A stretch of DNA of 64,000 nucleotides from Planctomycetota bacterium (GTDB taxonomy: Bacteria > Planctomycetota > JAJSAM01 > JAJVHW01): assembly GCA_965248445.1 (NCBI GenBank), contig CBDFJG010000001.1, positions 352,001 through 416,000 on the forward strand. Direction: 5' to 3'. The position numbers were made by a program, and so were the translations under genes. Each line of letters opens with the position of its first letter. Positions within the stretch are counted from its first letter, which is position 1. Under the pieces are notes generated by a model. It was not told where the DNA came from. It saw only the letters and a program-made list of their open reading frames with translations, and ran no database searches. Of the stretch, positions 8,587 through 17,621 are shown piece after piece.

Positions 8587-9308
8587 GTGTCCGACGTCTC
8601 ACGCCGCCTCCGTCTGCCCAGGATGAAGAACGTCACGATGCCGAGCAAGAGCGCCGAGATCGCATGCACCGGCAGCAGCGCCTCGAGCGCGCTGGTCCGC
8701 GCCGACCCATCGATCGGCGCGGGCATCGAGATCGCCAGCACCCCCCGTACATCGCCGACCTTCCAGTCACTCTTGGGCGTGTCCGGGTGAGAGTTATGGC
8801 ACGACACGCAGCTCACGCGCATGAGGTCCGCGCGGGCATACCGCAGGTGCCGGACTCCGTCGACATCCTCGAACCTGTGGTACGCCGAATGCGGCGACTT
8901 CTTGAGCGCTTCCAGAGCCGCTTCTTCGTACGACCCGAGCCACCGTTTGCCGGCGCGCCACGGGAACGGGTACTCGCTGAACAACTGCGCCGTGAGACCC
9001 GAACCGCGTTCCCCGATGTGATCGGCCAGGCGAATGCTCAGCGTGGCGGGTAGCGGGATCGCGTGCTCGGACGTCTCGTAATCGTGGGTCACCTTCACTG
9101 TGCGGGGCACGCGCGCGACGACCTCGGAGGTGTACAGAGTGCGGAAGCTCTCGAGTGACCGGAGATGACTCTCGGCACTCGTCAGCAGCTGCGCGTCGAG
9201 GTCGCGCCGCGACTGTTCCTCCATGAACTTGGCGCTCGCGAGGAGGAGCACGAAAACGGCGGCGGTCAGCGCAAGCACGATCGTCCATCGAGCGCGTCGA
9301 GACACCAT
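8583..9308 (-). CDS. DUF3365/Tll0287-like c-type heme membrane protein
   Basis: Two TMs, YTSEVV, IPLPAT, YPFPWR, CVSCH heme motif, WKVGDVRGVL. Stop overlaps the kinase start. Confidence 0.85.
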   Translation of the reverse strand: MVSRRARWTIVLALTAAVFVLLLASAKFMEEQSRRDLDAQLLTSAESHLRSLESFRTLYTSEVVARVPRTVKVTHDYETSEHAIPLPATLSIRLADHIGERGSGLTAQLFSEYPFPWRAGKRWLGSYEEAALEALKKSPHSAYHRFEDVDGVRHLRYARADLMRVSCVSCHNSHPDTPKSDWKVGDVRGVLAISMPAPIDGSARTSALEALLPVHAISALLLGIVTFFILGRRRRRETSDT

Positions 9309-9423
9309 CCGCAGTCCCCCTCGAATCGGACGTCGAGTGCCCGTGTTCTTCTGCGGACTCTAGCGGATTCGTCCGCGGCCCGTCGCCTGGCGATTCACGG
9401 CCCCCCGGGTGCGGCTTCCACAC

Positions 9424-9993
9424 CTAGTCCGGCGGATGCGGGTGCGCGGCGCGGACCTCGTCCGGCCAGAAGTCCTCGAGGTCGATGCCGAGGCCATCGA
9501 CGGTGCGGTTGCACCACGCGAAGAACCCGCTGATCTGATTGACCCCGACGATGCCCTCGTCGGAGAAGCCGACCGCGCGCAGCGCTTCGACGTCGGCGCG
9601 ACGCATGGCGCCCGGCGTCCGGGTGAGTTTGATGACGTGGTCGATGAGAGCGCGCAGCCGGGGCGTCGTCTCGACGGTCGTCGGATCCGCCTTCAGTCCT
9701 TCCACGTAGTCAGCGTCGTTGCAGTGACCTAACAGGCCCCGCGCGTGGTGGACCACTCAGTAGTAGCAGTCGTTCACATGGCTGACGGTGACGGCGATCG
9801 TCTCCCGCTCGATCATCGTCAGATCGAGCGGCCCGTGCATCACGCCCTTGTAGAAGGTCAGCAGCGCATCGAGCGCGCACGGCACCAGCGAGTGCGCCTG
9901 CACGACGTTGTCGGGCCGGCCGGGCAACCCTGCGTAGAGCGCCGCCAATTCGCCCGTGGCCTGTTCGGGGCCGATGAGGGGAACCCACGCCAT
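9424..9993 (-). CDS. AhpD/CMD-like peroxidase, predicted selenoprotein (CxxU)
   Basis: ORFs 9757-10071 and 9424-9756 are in one frame: ERETIAVTVSHVNDCYY-TGA-VVHH. TGA 9757-9759 sits at the second Cys of the AhpD CxxC. C-terminal half has KLTRTP and FFAWCNR. SD GGAGG before ATG 9993. Confidence 0.88.
9721..9742 (-). promoter_or_regulatory. Putative bacterial SECIS hairpin
   Basis: GCGG-GGCCU-GUU-AGGUC-A-CUGC at +15 to +36 after UGA, with apical GU at +24/+25. It includes a TTA codon that is rare in this window. Confidence 0.7.
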
Positions 9994-10122
9994 ATCGAGA
10001 TCCTCCAGGGTGTGACACGCGACCATCACAACCAGGCGAACTTCCGACGAGTCGGTGGTCGAGTCGGTCAACGAGTGAGTTTAGTTGGCGACTGTCCAGC
10101 TGACACCCGGCGATCATGAGCC

Positions 10123-11196
10123 ATGCGCATTCAGCGCCGCTCGTTCAGAATCGCGGCACTTCTGCTCGGGAGCGTGCTCGCTCTGCTGGCCGGAGAACTC
10201 GCGGCGCGGCTGATCCTCGACAACGGTCCCCTGTTCGCGCGGGCAGACCGGTGGATCGCGCACGAGCGTCTGGGAGGCGTGCTCCGTCCGAATCATGCGT
10301 ACACAGCGCGTGGTGAGTCCTACCGCACCAACCGGATCCACCTGCGCGATCGCGACTTCGCGCCGGTGCCCGAGCGCGGCGTGACACGCGTCGCCGTGGT
10401 CGGCGACTCGTTCGTGTTCGGTGTCGGACCGCTCGATGAGACGATCGCGAAGGTGCTCGAAGCCCGGCTCGGCGACACGTTCGAGGTGATGGCCGTCGGA
10501 CTGCCCGGCTACGGCACGATCCGCCAGAACCGCTTCCTCGAGGAGTTCCTCGACGAGTACCGCTTCGACGTCGTCATCCTCGCGTTCTGCGTCGGCAACG
10601 ACATCCTGGAGAACGCTCGCATGTTGGTGCGGGGAGAGGACGCTACGTGGCTGCGCCCACGCGAACGGGGCCTGTTGCGGCGTCACTCCTACCTCTACGC
10701 TGCGCTGCACCGAGTCGTGCGTGATCCCGCGCGGGCGCGCAAATCACGCTTCCTCGAGCACGTCGAGACGCGCATACGGCTCGCGCGGCCGCGCTACTAC
10801 GAGGCGCCCGAGGGCGCGGCTGCATACGCACGCACGCTCAGCGAGATCGACGGGATGCGCTCGTGGGCGGAGGAGCGCGGCGCTGTCTTCGCCGTGGCTC
10901 TACTGCCCGAGGAGTACCAGATCGACCCGGATCTGCGCCGTCAGGTGCGGACGTCGCTCGACTTGCCAGAGGAAGGCGTCGAGACCGACCTGGTCCAGGT
11001 CCGCATGCGAGAGGATCTCGCGCGCGCGGGGACACCCGTCATCGATCCGCTGCCCGCGTTCCGCGCCCAGGCTCGGGATGCCGCGCTGTTCATCCCTCAG
11101 GACACGCACTTCGACACCGCGGGCAACCAGATCGTGGCCGAGGCACTGCATGGGTGGATCGCCGCGCGCAATCTGACCGGTTCCACTGCACGCTGA
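10123..11196 (+). CDS. SGNH/GDSL hydrolase-family membrane protein (AlgX-like)
   Basis: N-terminal TM, VVGDSFVFG, CVGND, DTHF (DxH). Confidence 0.85.
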   Translation: MRIQRRSFRIAALLLGSVLALLAGELAARLILDNGPLFARADRWIAHERLGGVLRPNHAYTARGESYRTNRIHLRDRDFAPVPERGVTRVAVVGDSFVFGVGPLDETIAKVLEARLGDTFEVMAVGLPGYGTIRQNRFLEEFLDEYRFDVVILAFCVGNDILENARMLVRGEDATWLRPRERGLLRRHSYLYAALHRVVRDPARARKSRFLEHVETRIRLARPRYYEAPEGAAAYARTLSEIDGMRSWAEERGAVFAVALLPEEYQIDPDLRRQVRTSLDLPEEGVETDLVQVRMREDLARAGTPVIDPLPAFRAQARDAALFIPQDTHFDTAGNQIVAEALHGWIAARNLTGSTAR

Positions 11197-11197
11197 G

Positions 11198-11225
11198 CGT
11201 TCACGATCCTGAGGCCGAACTCATG
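11198..11225 (+). repeat. Direct repeat of the SDR gene leader (other copy 14388-14415)
   Basis: CGTTCACGATCCTGAGGCCGAACTCATG vs CGTTCACGGTCCTGAGGTCGAACTGATG, 25 of 28 identical. Confidence 0.8.
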
Positions 11226-11235
11226 TGATGCGACG

Positions 11236-11330
11236 TACCGGAGACCGGTGTCGATCGGCGCCGATGTCGCCGAGGCGGCCGGAGCTCTGCGTGCGCGTCC
11301 GTGGACCACCGAACGACACCGGTCTCGGTA
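11236..11330. repeat. GAGACCGG-family hairpin
   Basis: TACCGGAGACCGGTGTCGATCGG ... CCGAACGACACCGGTCTCGGTA: about 22-bp stem with one bulged G and one mismatch. Confidence 0.85.
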
Positions 11331-11337
11331 TGGCTGC

Positions 11338-12519
11338 TCAGAGCCCGGCGTTGTTCTTCGGGAACGTGTTGCCGTTGAAGGTCGAGCCCGTGGCGCCGTC
11401 GAGGAAGAGATCCTGCTCCTTGCTCTTGGTCGCCTTGTTGTTGGTGAAGGTGTTGTTGCTGCCTTGGAGTTCCACGCCGTTGCTCTTGGCCTTCAGGATG
11501 GTGTTTCCCTCGAACGTGTTGCCCGTGCCCGTGATGGGCACCTCGAGGCCGTCGTCCTTCGGAGCCTTGATGTTGTTGTTGCGATAGGTCGAGTTCGTGC
11601 CGCGGGCGGCGATGGCGTCGTCTCCGGCCTTCGTGACGCTGTTGTTCTCGACGAGGTGGCCGTCGCCGTCGAACACCATCCCCTCTTGCGTCGTCTTCTT
11701 GACGGTGTTGCCACGCGTCGTGTGGCCGTCTCCGACGACGAAGATAGCAGCCAGATTGGCGCCCGTGACCTTGTTGTTCTCGATCGTGTGATCGGATCCG
11801 AACACGCGAATCCCGATCAGCGCCGGCTTCTTGACCGTGTTGCCAGAGACCGTGTTCATCGACGATCGATCGGCAGACGCGAACGTGCTGATGTCGATGG
11901 ACGTCCCGAGACACTTCACGAACGTGTTGTTGCGAACGATCGCGCCGTTCGTCTGCGCCGCGACTCCTCCCGCGGTTGCCTTGATGATCTTGTTGTTCTC
12001 GATGACGGCACCCGTCGAGTCGCCGATCACCAGACTGCCGTAGCTGATCGGCAGGACCGCTTTCTTGAACGTGCAGCCACGAACGATGGCGTTCGGCGTT
12101 CCGCGCACGCCGACGGCGATGCTGCTGGTGGACTTGCTGAACTTGCAGTTCTCAACGCGGAATCCGGCGCTGGTCATGACGAGCAACGTCGTTGCCGTTC
12201 CGCCGCGGACCGACAAGCCCTCGATCACGACGACGCCGGAATCCACGAGCTGGAGCGGGTTCGCGGTCTCTCCGAAGTCGAGCTTCGCGCCGCGCGATCC
12301 GCGGATCGTCAGATCGCCCTTTCCGTCGATCAGGATCGCACCGCTGTGCTTGCCCTTCACCTGGATCACGTCGCCGTTCCCCGCCGCGTCCACCGCCTCT
12401 TGAATTGTCGCGTGATCCCCGGGCACCGTCAGCGTGGCGGCGTTCGCCGGTACGGCGAGCACGACTGACAGCAACGACACCCCGACGGCATAAAACGCAC
12501 CAGGCCCGCTCTTGATCAT
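11338..12519 (-). CDS. Secreted right-handed parallel beta-helix protein
   Basis: Signal peptide, LTVPGDHATIQEAVDAA, many NNxI/V coils; same architecture as 1481-2650. SD GGAGG. Confidence 0.85.
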   Translation of the reverse strand: MIKSGPGAFYAVGVSLLSVVLAVPANAATLTVPGDHATIQEAVDAAGNGDVIQVKGKHSGAILIDGKGDLTIRGSRGAKLDFGETANPLQLVDSGVVVIEGLSVRGGTATTLLVMTSAGFRVENCKFSKSTSSIAVGVRGTPNAIVRGCTFKKAVLPISYGSLVIGDSTGAVIENNKIIKATAGGVAAQTNGAIVRNNTFVKCLGTSIDISTFASADRSSMNTVSGNTVKKPALIGIRVFGSDHTIENNKVTGANLAAIFVVGDGHTTRGNTVKKTTQEGMVFDGDGHLVENNSVTKAGDDAIAARGTNSTYRNNNIKAPKDDGLEVPITGTGNTFEGNTILKAKSNGVELQGSNNTFTNNKATKSKEQDLFLDGATGSTFNGNTFPKNNAGL

Positions 12520-12646
12520 CTGTACCTCCCTCCCGGCGACACCCCGACTCGCCGGTCACAGGACAGCTTAGCGATCCGTGCTCCGTATGGGACGAGCAGA
12601 GCCCCCGCCATTCTCGGTACCCTCCCCGACCGGAGGGCAGGGCACG

Positions 12647-14368
12647 ATGGACCGGCTGATCACCCCGCACGGCGGCGAACTCCTCGACCTTGTCGTTGGC
12701 GACGAGCGAGCGGCAGAACTGAAGGGTGCCTCGCGGGACTTCCCGACATGGGACCTGACCCCACGGCAGATGTGCGACCTCGAGTTGCTCCTGAACGGCG
12801 CGTTCTCGCCGCTGCGCGGTTTCATGACGCGGCGTGACTACGAGCCCGTCTGCTCGTCCATGCGGCTTGCGGACGGAACGCTCTGGCCGATCCCGATCTC
12901 CCTGCCCGTAGCCGCCGAGTTCGCGCAGGGGTTGAGCAACGGCGATCAGGTCGCGCTGCGCGACGCCGAGGGCGTGATGCTTGCCGTGCTCACCGTCGAG
13001 GACGCGTGGGAAGCCGAGCGCGAGAAGGAAGCACTCTCGGTGTACGGGACGGCGGACCCCCATCACGCGGGCGTGCGCCCTCTCATGACGCGCCCGCGCG
13101 GCTGGTATCTGGGCGGCCGGCTCGCGGGACTGCAACTCCCGACGCACCACGACTCGAAGGCGCTCCGCCTGACTCCGCACGGTACGCGGCGCGAGTTCGC
13201 GCGTTTCGCGTGGCGGCAGGTGATCGCGTTCCAGACCCGCAATCCGATGCACCGCGCGCACTTCGAACTGACGATGCGGGCGATCAAGGAACACGAAGCC
13301 AACCTCCTCCTGCACCCAGTTGTGGGCATGACGAAGCCGGGCGACATCGATCACTACACGCGCGTGCGCTGCTACCAGGCGCTGCTCCTCCAGTACCCGC
13401 AGCACACGGTCTACCTCGCACTGCTGCCGCTCAGCATGCGCATGGCCGGCCCGCGGGAGGCACTCTGGCACGCGATCATCCGCAAGAACTACGGGTGCAC
13501 CCACCTGATCGTGGGGCGCGATCACGCCGGACCGGGCAGCGACCGGGACGGCAACCCGTACTACGGCCCCTACGAGGCGCAGGATCTGCTGCGGGAGCAC
13601 GAGGGCGAATTGAGCGTTCGGATGGTGCCGTTCCAGATGCTGCGGTACGTTGAGGACCTGGACGCGTTCCTCAGCGAGGACGAAACGCCTGAGGGTGCAC
13701 GGACGCTGACGCTCTCGGGCACGGAGCTGCGCGACCGCCTGTCACGCGGCCGCGAGATCCCCGGCTGGTTCACCTTCCCCGGCGTCGCGCGAGAATTGCG
13801 GCAGACCCACCCGCCGCGGCACAAGCAGGGCTTCACGGTGTTCTTCACCGGGCTGTCGGGCTCGGGCAAGTCCACGATTGCCAACGCGCTGCTCGCGAAG
13901 CTGCTGGAGATGGGTGGACGGCCGGTGACGCTTCTCGACGGCGACATCGTGCGCACGAACCTCTCCTCCGAGCTCGGCTTCTCGAAGGAGCACCGCAACC
14001 TGAACATCAGCCGCATCGGTTTCGTCGCCAACGAGATCACGAAGAACGGCGGAATCGCTATCTGCGCGCCCATCGCTCCGTACGACGCGGTGCGACGTGA
14101 CGTGCGCGAACTGATCGAACATCGCGGCGGGTTCATGCTCGTGCACGTGACGACGCCGCTCGAGGTCTGCGAGCAGCGCGACCGCAAGGGCCTCTACGCG
14201 AAGGCCCGCGCCGGCATCATCAAGGAGTTCACCGGCATCTCCGACCCCTACGAGGCCCCGGAGAACGCGGATCTCGCGATCGATACCGCCGACTACACGC
14301 CCGAGGAGTCCGCGCAGAAGGTGATCCTGCACCTCGAACGCGAGGGCTACATCGGCGCCGGCATCTGA
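12647..14368 (+). CDS. cysC: Bifunctional sulfate adenylyltransferase / adenylylsulfate kinase (Sat-CysC)
   Basis: LLLNGAFSPL, FQTRNPMHRAH, GRDHAGPG; APS kinase FTGLSGSGKST, LLDGDIVR, RDRKGLY, FTGISDPYE. Confidence 0.95.
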   Translation: MDRLITPHGGELLDLVVGDERAAELKGASRDFPTWDLTPRQMCDLELLLNGAFSPLRGFMTRRDYEPVCSSMRLADGTLWPIPISLPVAAEFAQGLSNGDQVALRDAEGVMLAVLTVEDAWEAEREKEALSVYGTADPHHAGVRPLMTRPRGWYLGGRLAGLQLPTHHDSKALRLTPHGTRREFARFAWRQVIAFQTRNPMHRAHFELTMRAIKEHEANLLLHPVVGMTKPGDIDHYTRVRCYQALLLQYPQHTVYLALLPLSMRMAGPREALWHAIIRKNYGCTHLIVGRDHAGPGSDRDGNPYYGPYEAQDLLREHEGELSVRMVPFQMLRYVEDLDAFLSEDETPEGARTLTLSGTELRDRLSRGREIPGWFTFPGVARELRQTHPPRHKQGFTVFFTGLSGSGKSTIANALLAKLLEMGGRPVTLLDGDIVRTNLSSELGFSKEHRNLNISRIGFVANEITKNGGIAICAPIAPYDAVRRDVRELIEHRGGFMLVHVTTPLEVCEQRDRKGLYAKARAGIIKEFTGISDPYEAPENADLAIDTADYTPEESAQKVILHLEREGYIGAGI

Positions 14369-14412
14369 GACCGGCACCGCCGTTCTCCGTTCACGGTCCT
14401 GAGGTCGAACTG

Positions 14413-15120
14413 ATGAGCGACGCATCGCCGATCCGACTCCTGGTCACGGGCGCCAACCGGGGCATCGGCTTGGAGCTCACGCGGCAGGCCGTGTCGCCGG
14501 GCGATCACGTCCTCGCTACCTGTCGCGACCCCGCCGGAGCAGATCAGCTGCAGGCGCTCCACTCCGAGCACCCGGAGTCACTCGAGATCTTCGCCCTCGA
14601 CGTCACGAGCGACGCCTCGGTGGCAGCGCTGACGCGATCGGTCGGTGGCCGGGCGATCGACGTTCTCGTGAACAACGCCGGCATCTCGGGGGGCCCGGCA
14701 CAGGACACCGAGCGCATGGACTACGGCGCCTGGGCAGATGCCCTGTCGGTGAACACCATGGCACCGTTCCGTGTGACGATGGCGGTGCTCCCAGCGCTTC
14801 GCCGTTCCTCGAAACCGCGCGTCGTCACGCTCTCGTCCTTGATGGGATCGCTCACCGGTACGGGCACGGGTTCGTTCGCTTACCGCTCGTCCAAGGCGGC
14901 CGTCAACAAGGTCATGCAGCTCCTCGCGACCGAGTTTGCCGGCGCCGGGATCATCGTCGTGCCCGTGCACCCCGGGTGGGTTCGTACGGACATGGGCGGA
15001 TCGGACGCACCGCTCACTGTTGATGAGAGCGTTCGCGGCCTGCTCGCCCTCATCGACCGACTGACCCAGGCCGACTCCGGTCGCTTCCTGGACTGGACGG
15101 GAGGCGAGCTACCCTGGTGA
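14413..15120 (+). CDS. Short-chain dehydrogenase/reductase (C-factor-like)
   Basis: TGANRGIG, NNAG, YRSSK, HPGWVRTDMGG. Confidence 0.92.
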   Translation: MSDASPIRLLVTGANRGIGLELTRQAVSPGDHVLATCRDPAGADQLQALHSEHPESLEIFALDVTSDASVAALTRSVGGRAIDVLVNNAGISGGPAQDTERMDYGAWADALSVNTMAPFRVTMAVLPALRRSSKPRVVTLSSLMGSLTGTGTGSFAYRSSKAAVNKVMQLLATEFAGAGIIVVPVHPGWVRTDMGGSDAPLTVDESVRGLLALIDRLTQADSGRFLDWTGGELPW

Positions 15121-15150
15121 TCCTGGGGGCGATGGCTCTACGCTTCGGCG

Positions 15151-15915
15151 ATGGACGAACGCGAGTTGCGCGCACACATCCTCGAGATGCTCCGGTTCAA
15201 CGCTGCGCGCACGCTGAGCACGGCCGAGCCCAGTCGCTTCCAGGTCGAGTCCGGCGGCGGACTCAGTTGGTGCATCGACGCGGCCCGTCGGGCGCCGTAC
15301 TACAACCGGGTGCTCGGGTTCGACCGGACAGCGATCGCGCGACTGGAGGGGCTCCTCGGCAGCTATGAGCACGCCGGGCTGACCCCCCAGTTCGATCTCG
15401 AACCGGAGGCACTCTGCCCGGAGGTCAGCGCCGCGCTCTCGTCGCACGGGTTCTCTCCGAGTATCAACCTCGGGTTCTTGCAGCGATCACCGGAGCCGCC
15501 GGAGCCGCCGGAGGTTCGCGTCGAGCGATGGACACACGACCGCGCGGATGACTTTCTCGCGCTCCTCGCGACGAGTGGCGCGACGTGCGATCCGTCGATC
15601 TGGGCCACGCAGCGGCGCTTCTACTGCACAGACGAGTTTCGGACGTTCGTCGCGTATCTCGATGGACGCCCGTGCGCGTGGGCCACGCTTCTGGTTCTGG
15701 GCGACACCGGCTACCTCGCCAACGCGTACACCCAGGACGGACTTCGCCGACGGGGCGCGCACACAGCGCTACTTAGCGCGCGCATCACCGACGCGGCAGA
15801 ACTCGGGCTGTCCACCGTCTGGACAGACGTCGAGTGGCGCACCGACAGCCACCGAAACTGCGTCCGCGCGAGCTTTCGGCTCCTGACGATCCACACGCAG
15901 TGGACGACAGCCTAA
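15151..15915 (+). CDS. GNAT-family acetyltransferase
   Basis: YLANAYT...RRRGAHTALL acetyl-CoA-binding motif and SHRN. Confidence 0.75.
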   Translation: MDERELRAHILEMLRFNAARTLSTAEPSRFQVESGGGLSWCIDAARRAPYYNRVLGFDRTAIARLEGLLGSYEHAGLTPQFDLEPEALCPEVSAALSSHGFSPSINLGFLQRSPEPPEPPEVRVERWTHDRADDFLALLATSGATCDPSIWATQRRFYCTDEFRTFVAYLDGRPCAWATLLVLGDTGYLANAYTQDGLRRRGAHTALLSARITDAAELGLSTVWTDVEWRTDSHRNCVRASFRLLTIHTQWTTA

Positions 15916-17582
15916 CGACGCGGCGTCAGCAGTTCGCCCGTGATCGCATCCAGCATCGCCGCATTGCGACGGTCGAGCGTTGTGACCATACAGCGCACCG
16001 TCGTCTCCGCCGTTCCGTCCGGCAGGGTGCGCTTGCCAGCGCGTAACTGGATCCAGCCGACGCTCTCGCCGGCCGGCACCTGCGCGCGCGCCAGCAGTTC
16101 CGACAGGGGCCGTACAGATTGGTAGACGCTCATCTCCAGTGCTCGGATGCCGCGCTTGCCACGCCGCGTCGCCTTCTTCGGTGTTTTGAGTGACGTCCCG
16201 TCATAGATGCGCGTGATGCGCTCGACGGCTGCCGTGGTCGCATTGAGGGTGTAGAAGTCGATCTCCGCCGGAGCGTCCCGCGCGCCCGGGTGGATGTCCA
16301 CTCCGATGACGTTCTGCACCCCGGAGGTCGCGGTGAGCGCCAGGACGCGCAACGCATCCTGCACCGAGAACCCGGGTGTGCCGTCCTCGAACGTGACGCC
16401 CTCGACAGACTTCGCGTACTTGGCGCCCCACCTCTCGCTGCGCTCCTCTTCCGACATCGCCGCCGAGCCGATGGCGACTTTTCCGCCAGTGACGTGCATC
16501 GTAACGCCCCCCGTGTCCGGCCGCGCGACGCGGGAATCTGCGAGCTTGGCGTTCTCGAAGCGACAGTCGCGCGCGTGGGCAACTGCAGCACGGTCGCGTC
16601 CACCCGGCCCTATGAACACCGCGTCGACGTCCGTGATCAGGCAGCGCTCGAGCGCCGCGAGACCCACTCCCCGGAAGCTCAACGCGTACCCGTCCCCGGG
16701 GCCCACGATCTCGCAGTCCTGCATTGCCAGATAGGCGCTGCCGCTCACTCCGATCGGTGCAGCGTGACCGGCCACCTGCCAGCCGCGGATGCGCACACGC
16801 TCGAGGGCGGCCGCGATCCCGCCGCGTGCGTCGAGGACGATCTGCCCCATCTCGGCACCGTCGATGGTCAGATCGCGGATAACGAGGTTGTGCAGAGATG
16901 CCTTCTCGTCGCAGCACAGGAACGCCCAGCCGGGCCCGATCAGTGTGGTCTCGTCCATGCCCGCGCCGCGGATCTCGAGCGACTCGATGTCCTCCCGCGG
17001 GACGTTCCAGCCGTTGCCGCGCTTCAGTACGAACGTCCCCGGCCCGAACTCGATGACGCCCGACTTCCCCATGTGCTCGCTCAGGTCGACTTCGGTGCGA
17101 TCCCCGGTCGACGCGATCGATGCGACGGGACCGGGTGCCGTGCGGATGTGTGCACGCATGGCCGCGTAGTCCGAGACGAGGCCCGACACGTCGGCACCGT
17201 GCTCCATGTACCTCTGCACAACCTCGAGTCCCGCATCGTCCGCCGTGACGACGGATTCGCGGCGCCGCCGGCGCTCCTCCGCGAGCGCCCGCTGCAGGAA
17301 CTCGATCTCCTCGGCGGTCAGATCCGTTCCGGCGATACCGACATTCGGCACGGCCCCCGCGTCGAGGGACGGACTCGGCTCACCCGCCCCAACGCGCACG
17401 CGATCCCGCTTGGGGGGTGGGTCACGCGGCGGCGGGTCCTCCGACGCAGGGGACTCTGCGTCTGGCGCAACCGCCCCATCGCTCTCCCCGACCGAACCGA
17501 CCACGCCGATCGCCGTGGCCATGAGTGCTCCGGCGCCGAACGCCACGAGCGCAACGAGTGCCGTGCGATGCCATGCCTGCAT
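15912..17582 (-). CDS. Membrane-anchored or secreted protein with beta-helix-like domain
   Basis: N-terminal TM, Pro-rich linker, FGPGTF...IRGAGMDETTL, PepSY-like end LDAITGELL. SD GGAGGG. Confidence 0.65.
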   Translation of the reverse strand: MQAWHRTALVALVAFGAGALMATAIGVVGSVGESDGAVAPDAESPASEDPPPRDPPPKRDRVRVGAGEPSPSLDAGAVPNVGIAGTDLTAEEIEFLQRALAEERRRRRESVVTADDAGLEVVQRYMEHGADVSGLVSDYAAMRAHIRTAPGPVASIASTGDRTEVDLSEHMGKSGVIEFGPGTFVLKRGNGWNVPREDIESLEIRGAGMDETTLIGPGWAFLCCDEKASLHNLVIRDLTIDGAEMGQIVLDARGGIAAALERVRIRGWQVAGHAAPIGVSGSAYLAMQDCEIVGPGDGYALSFRGVGLAALERCLITDVDAVFIGPGGRDRAAVAHARDCRFENAKLADSRVARPDTGGVTMHVTGGKVAIGSAAMSEEERSERWGAKYAKSVEGVTFEDGTPGFSVQDALRVLALTATSGVQNVIGVDIHPGARDAPAEIDFYTLNATTAAVERITRIYDGTSLKTPKKATRRGKRGIRALEMSVYQSVRPLSELLARAQVPAGESVGWIQLRAGKRTLPDGTAETTVRCMVTTLDRRNAAMLDAITGELLTPRR

Positions 17583-17621
17583 GCGGACCCTCCCTCCGTA
17601 GAGAGGATAATGTCCGCTGGG

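Noticed and set aside
14413..15120. SDR as myxobacterial C-signal csgA
   Set aside because: This SDR subfamily is widespread and there is no developmental context here.
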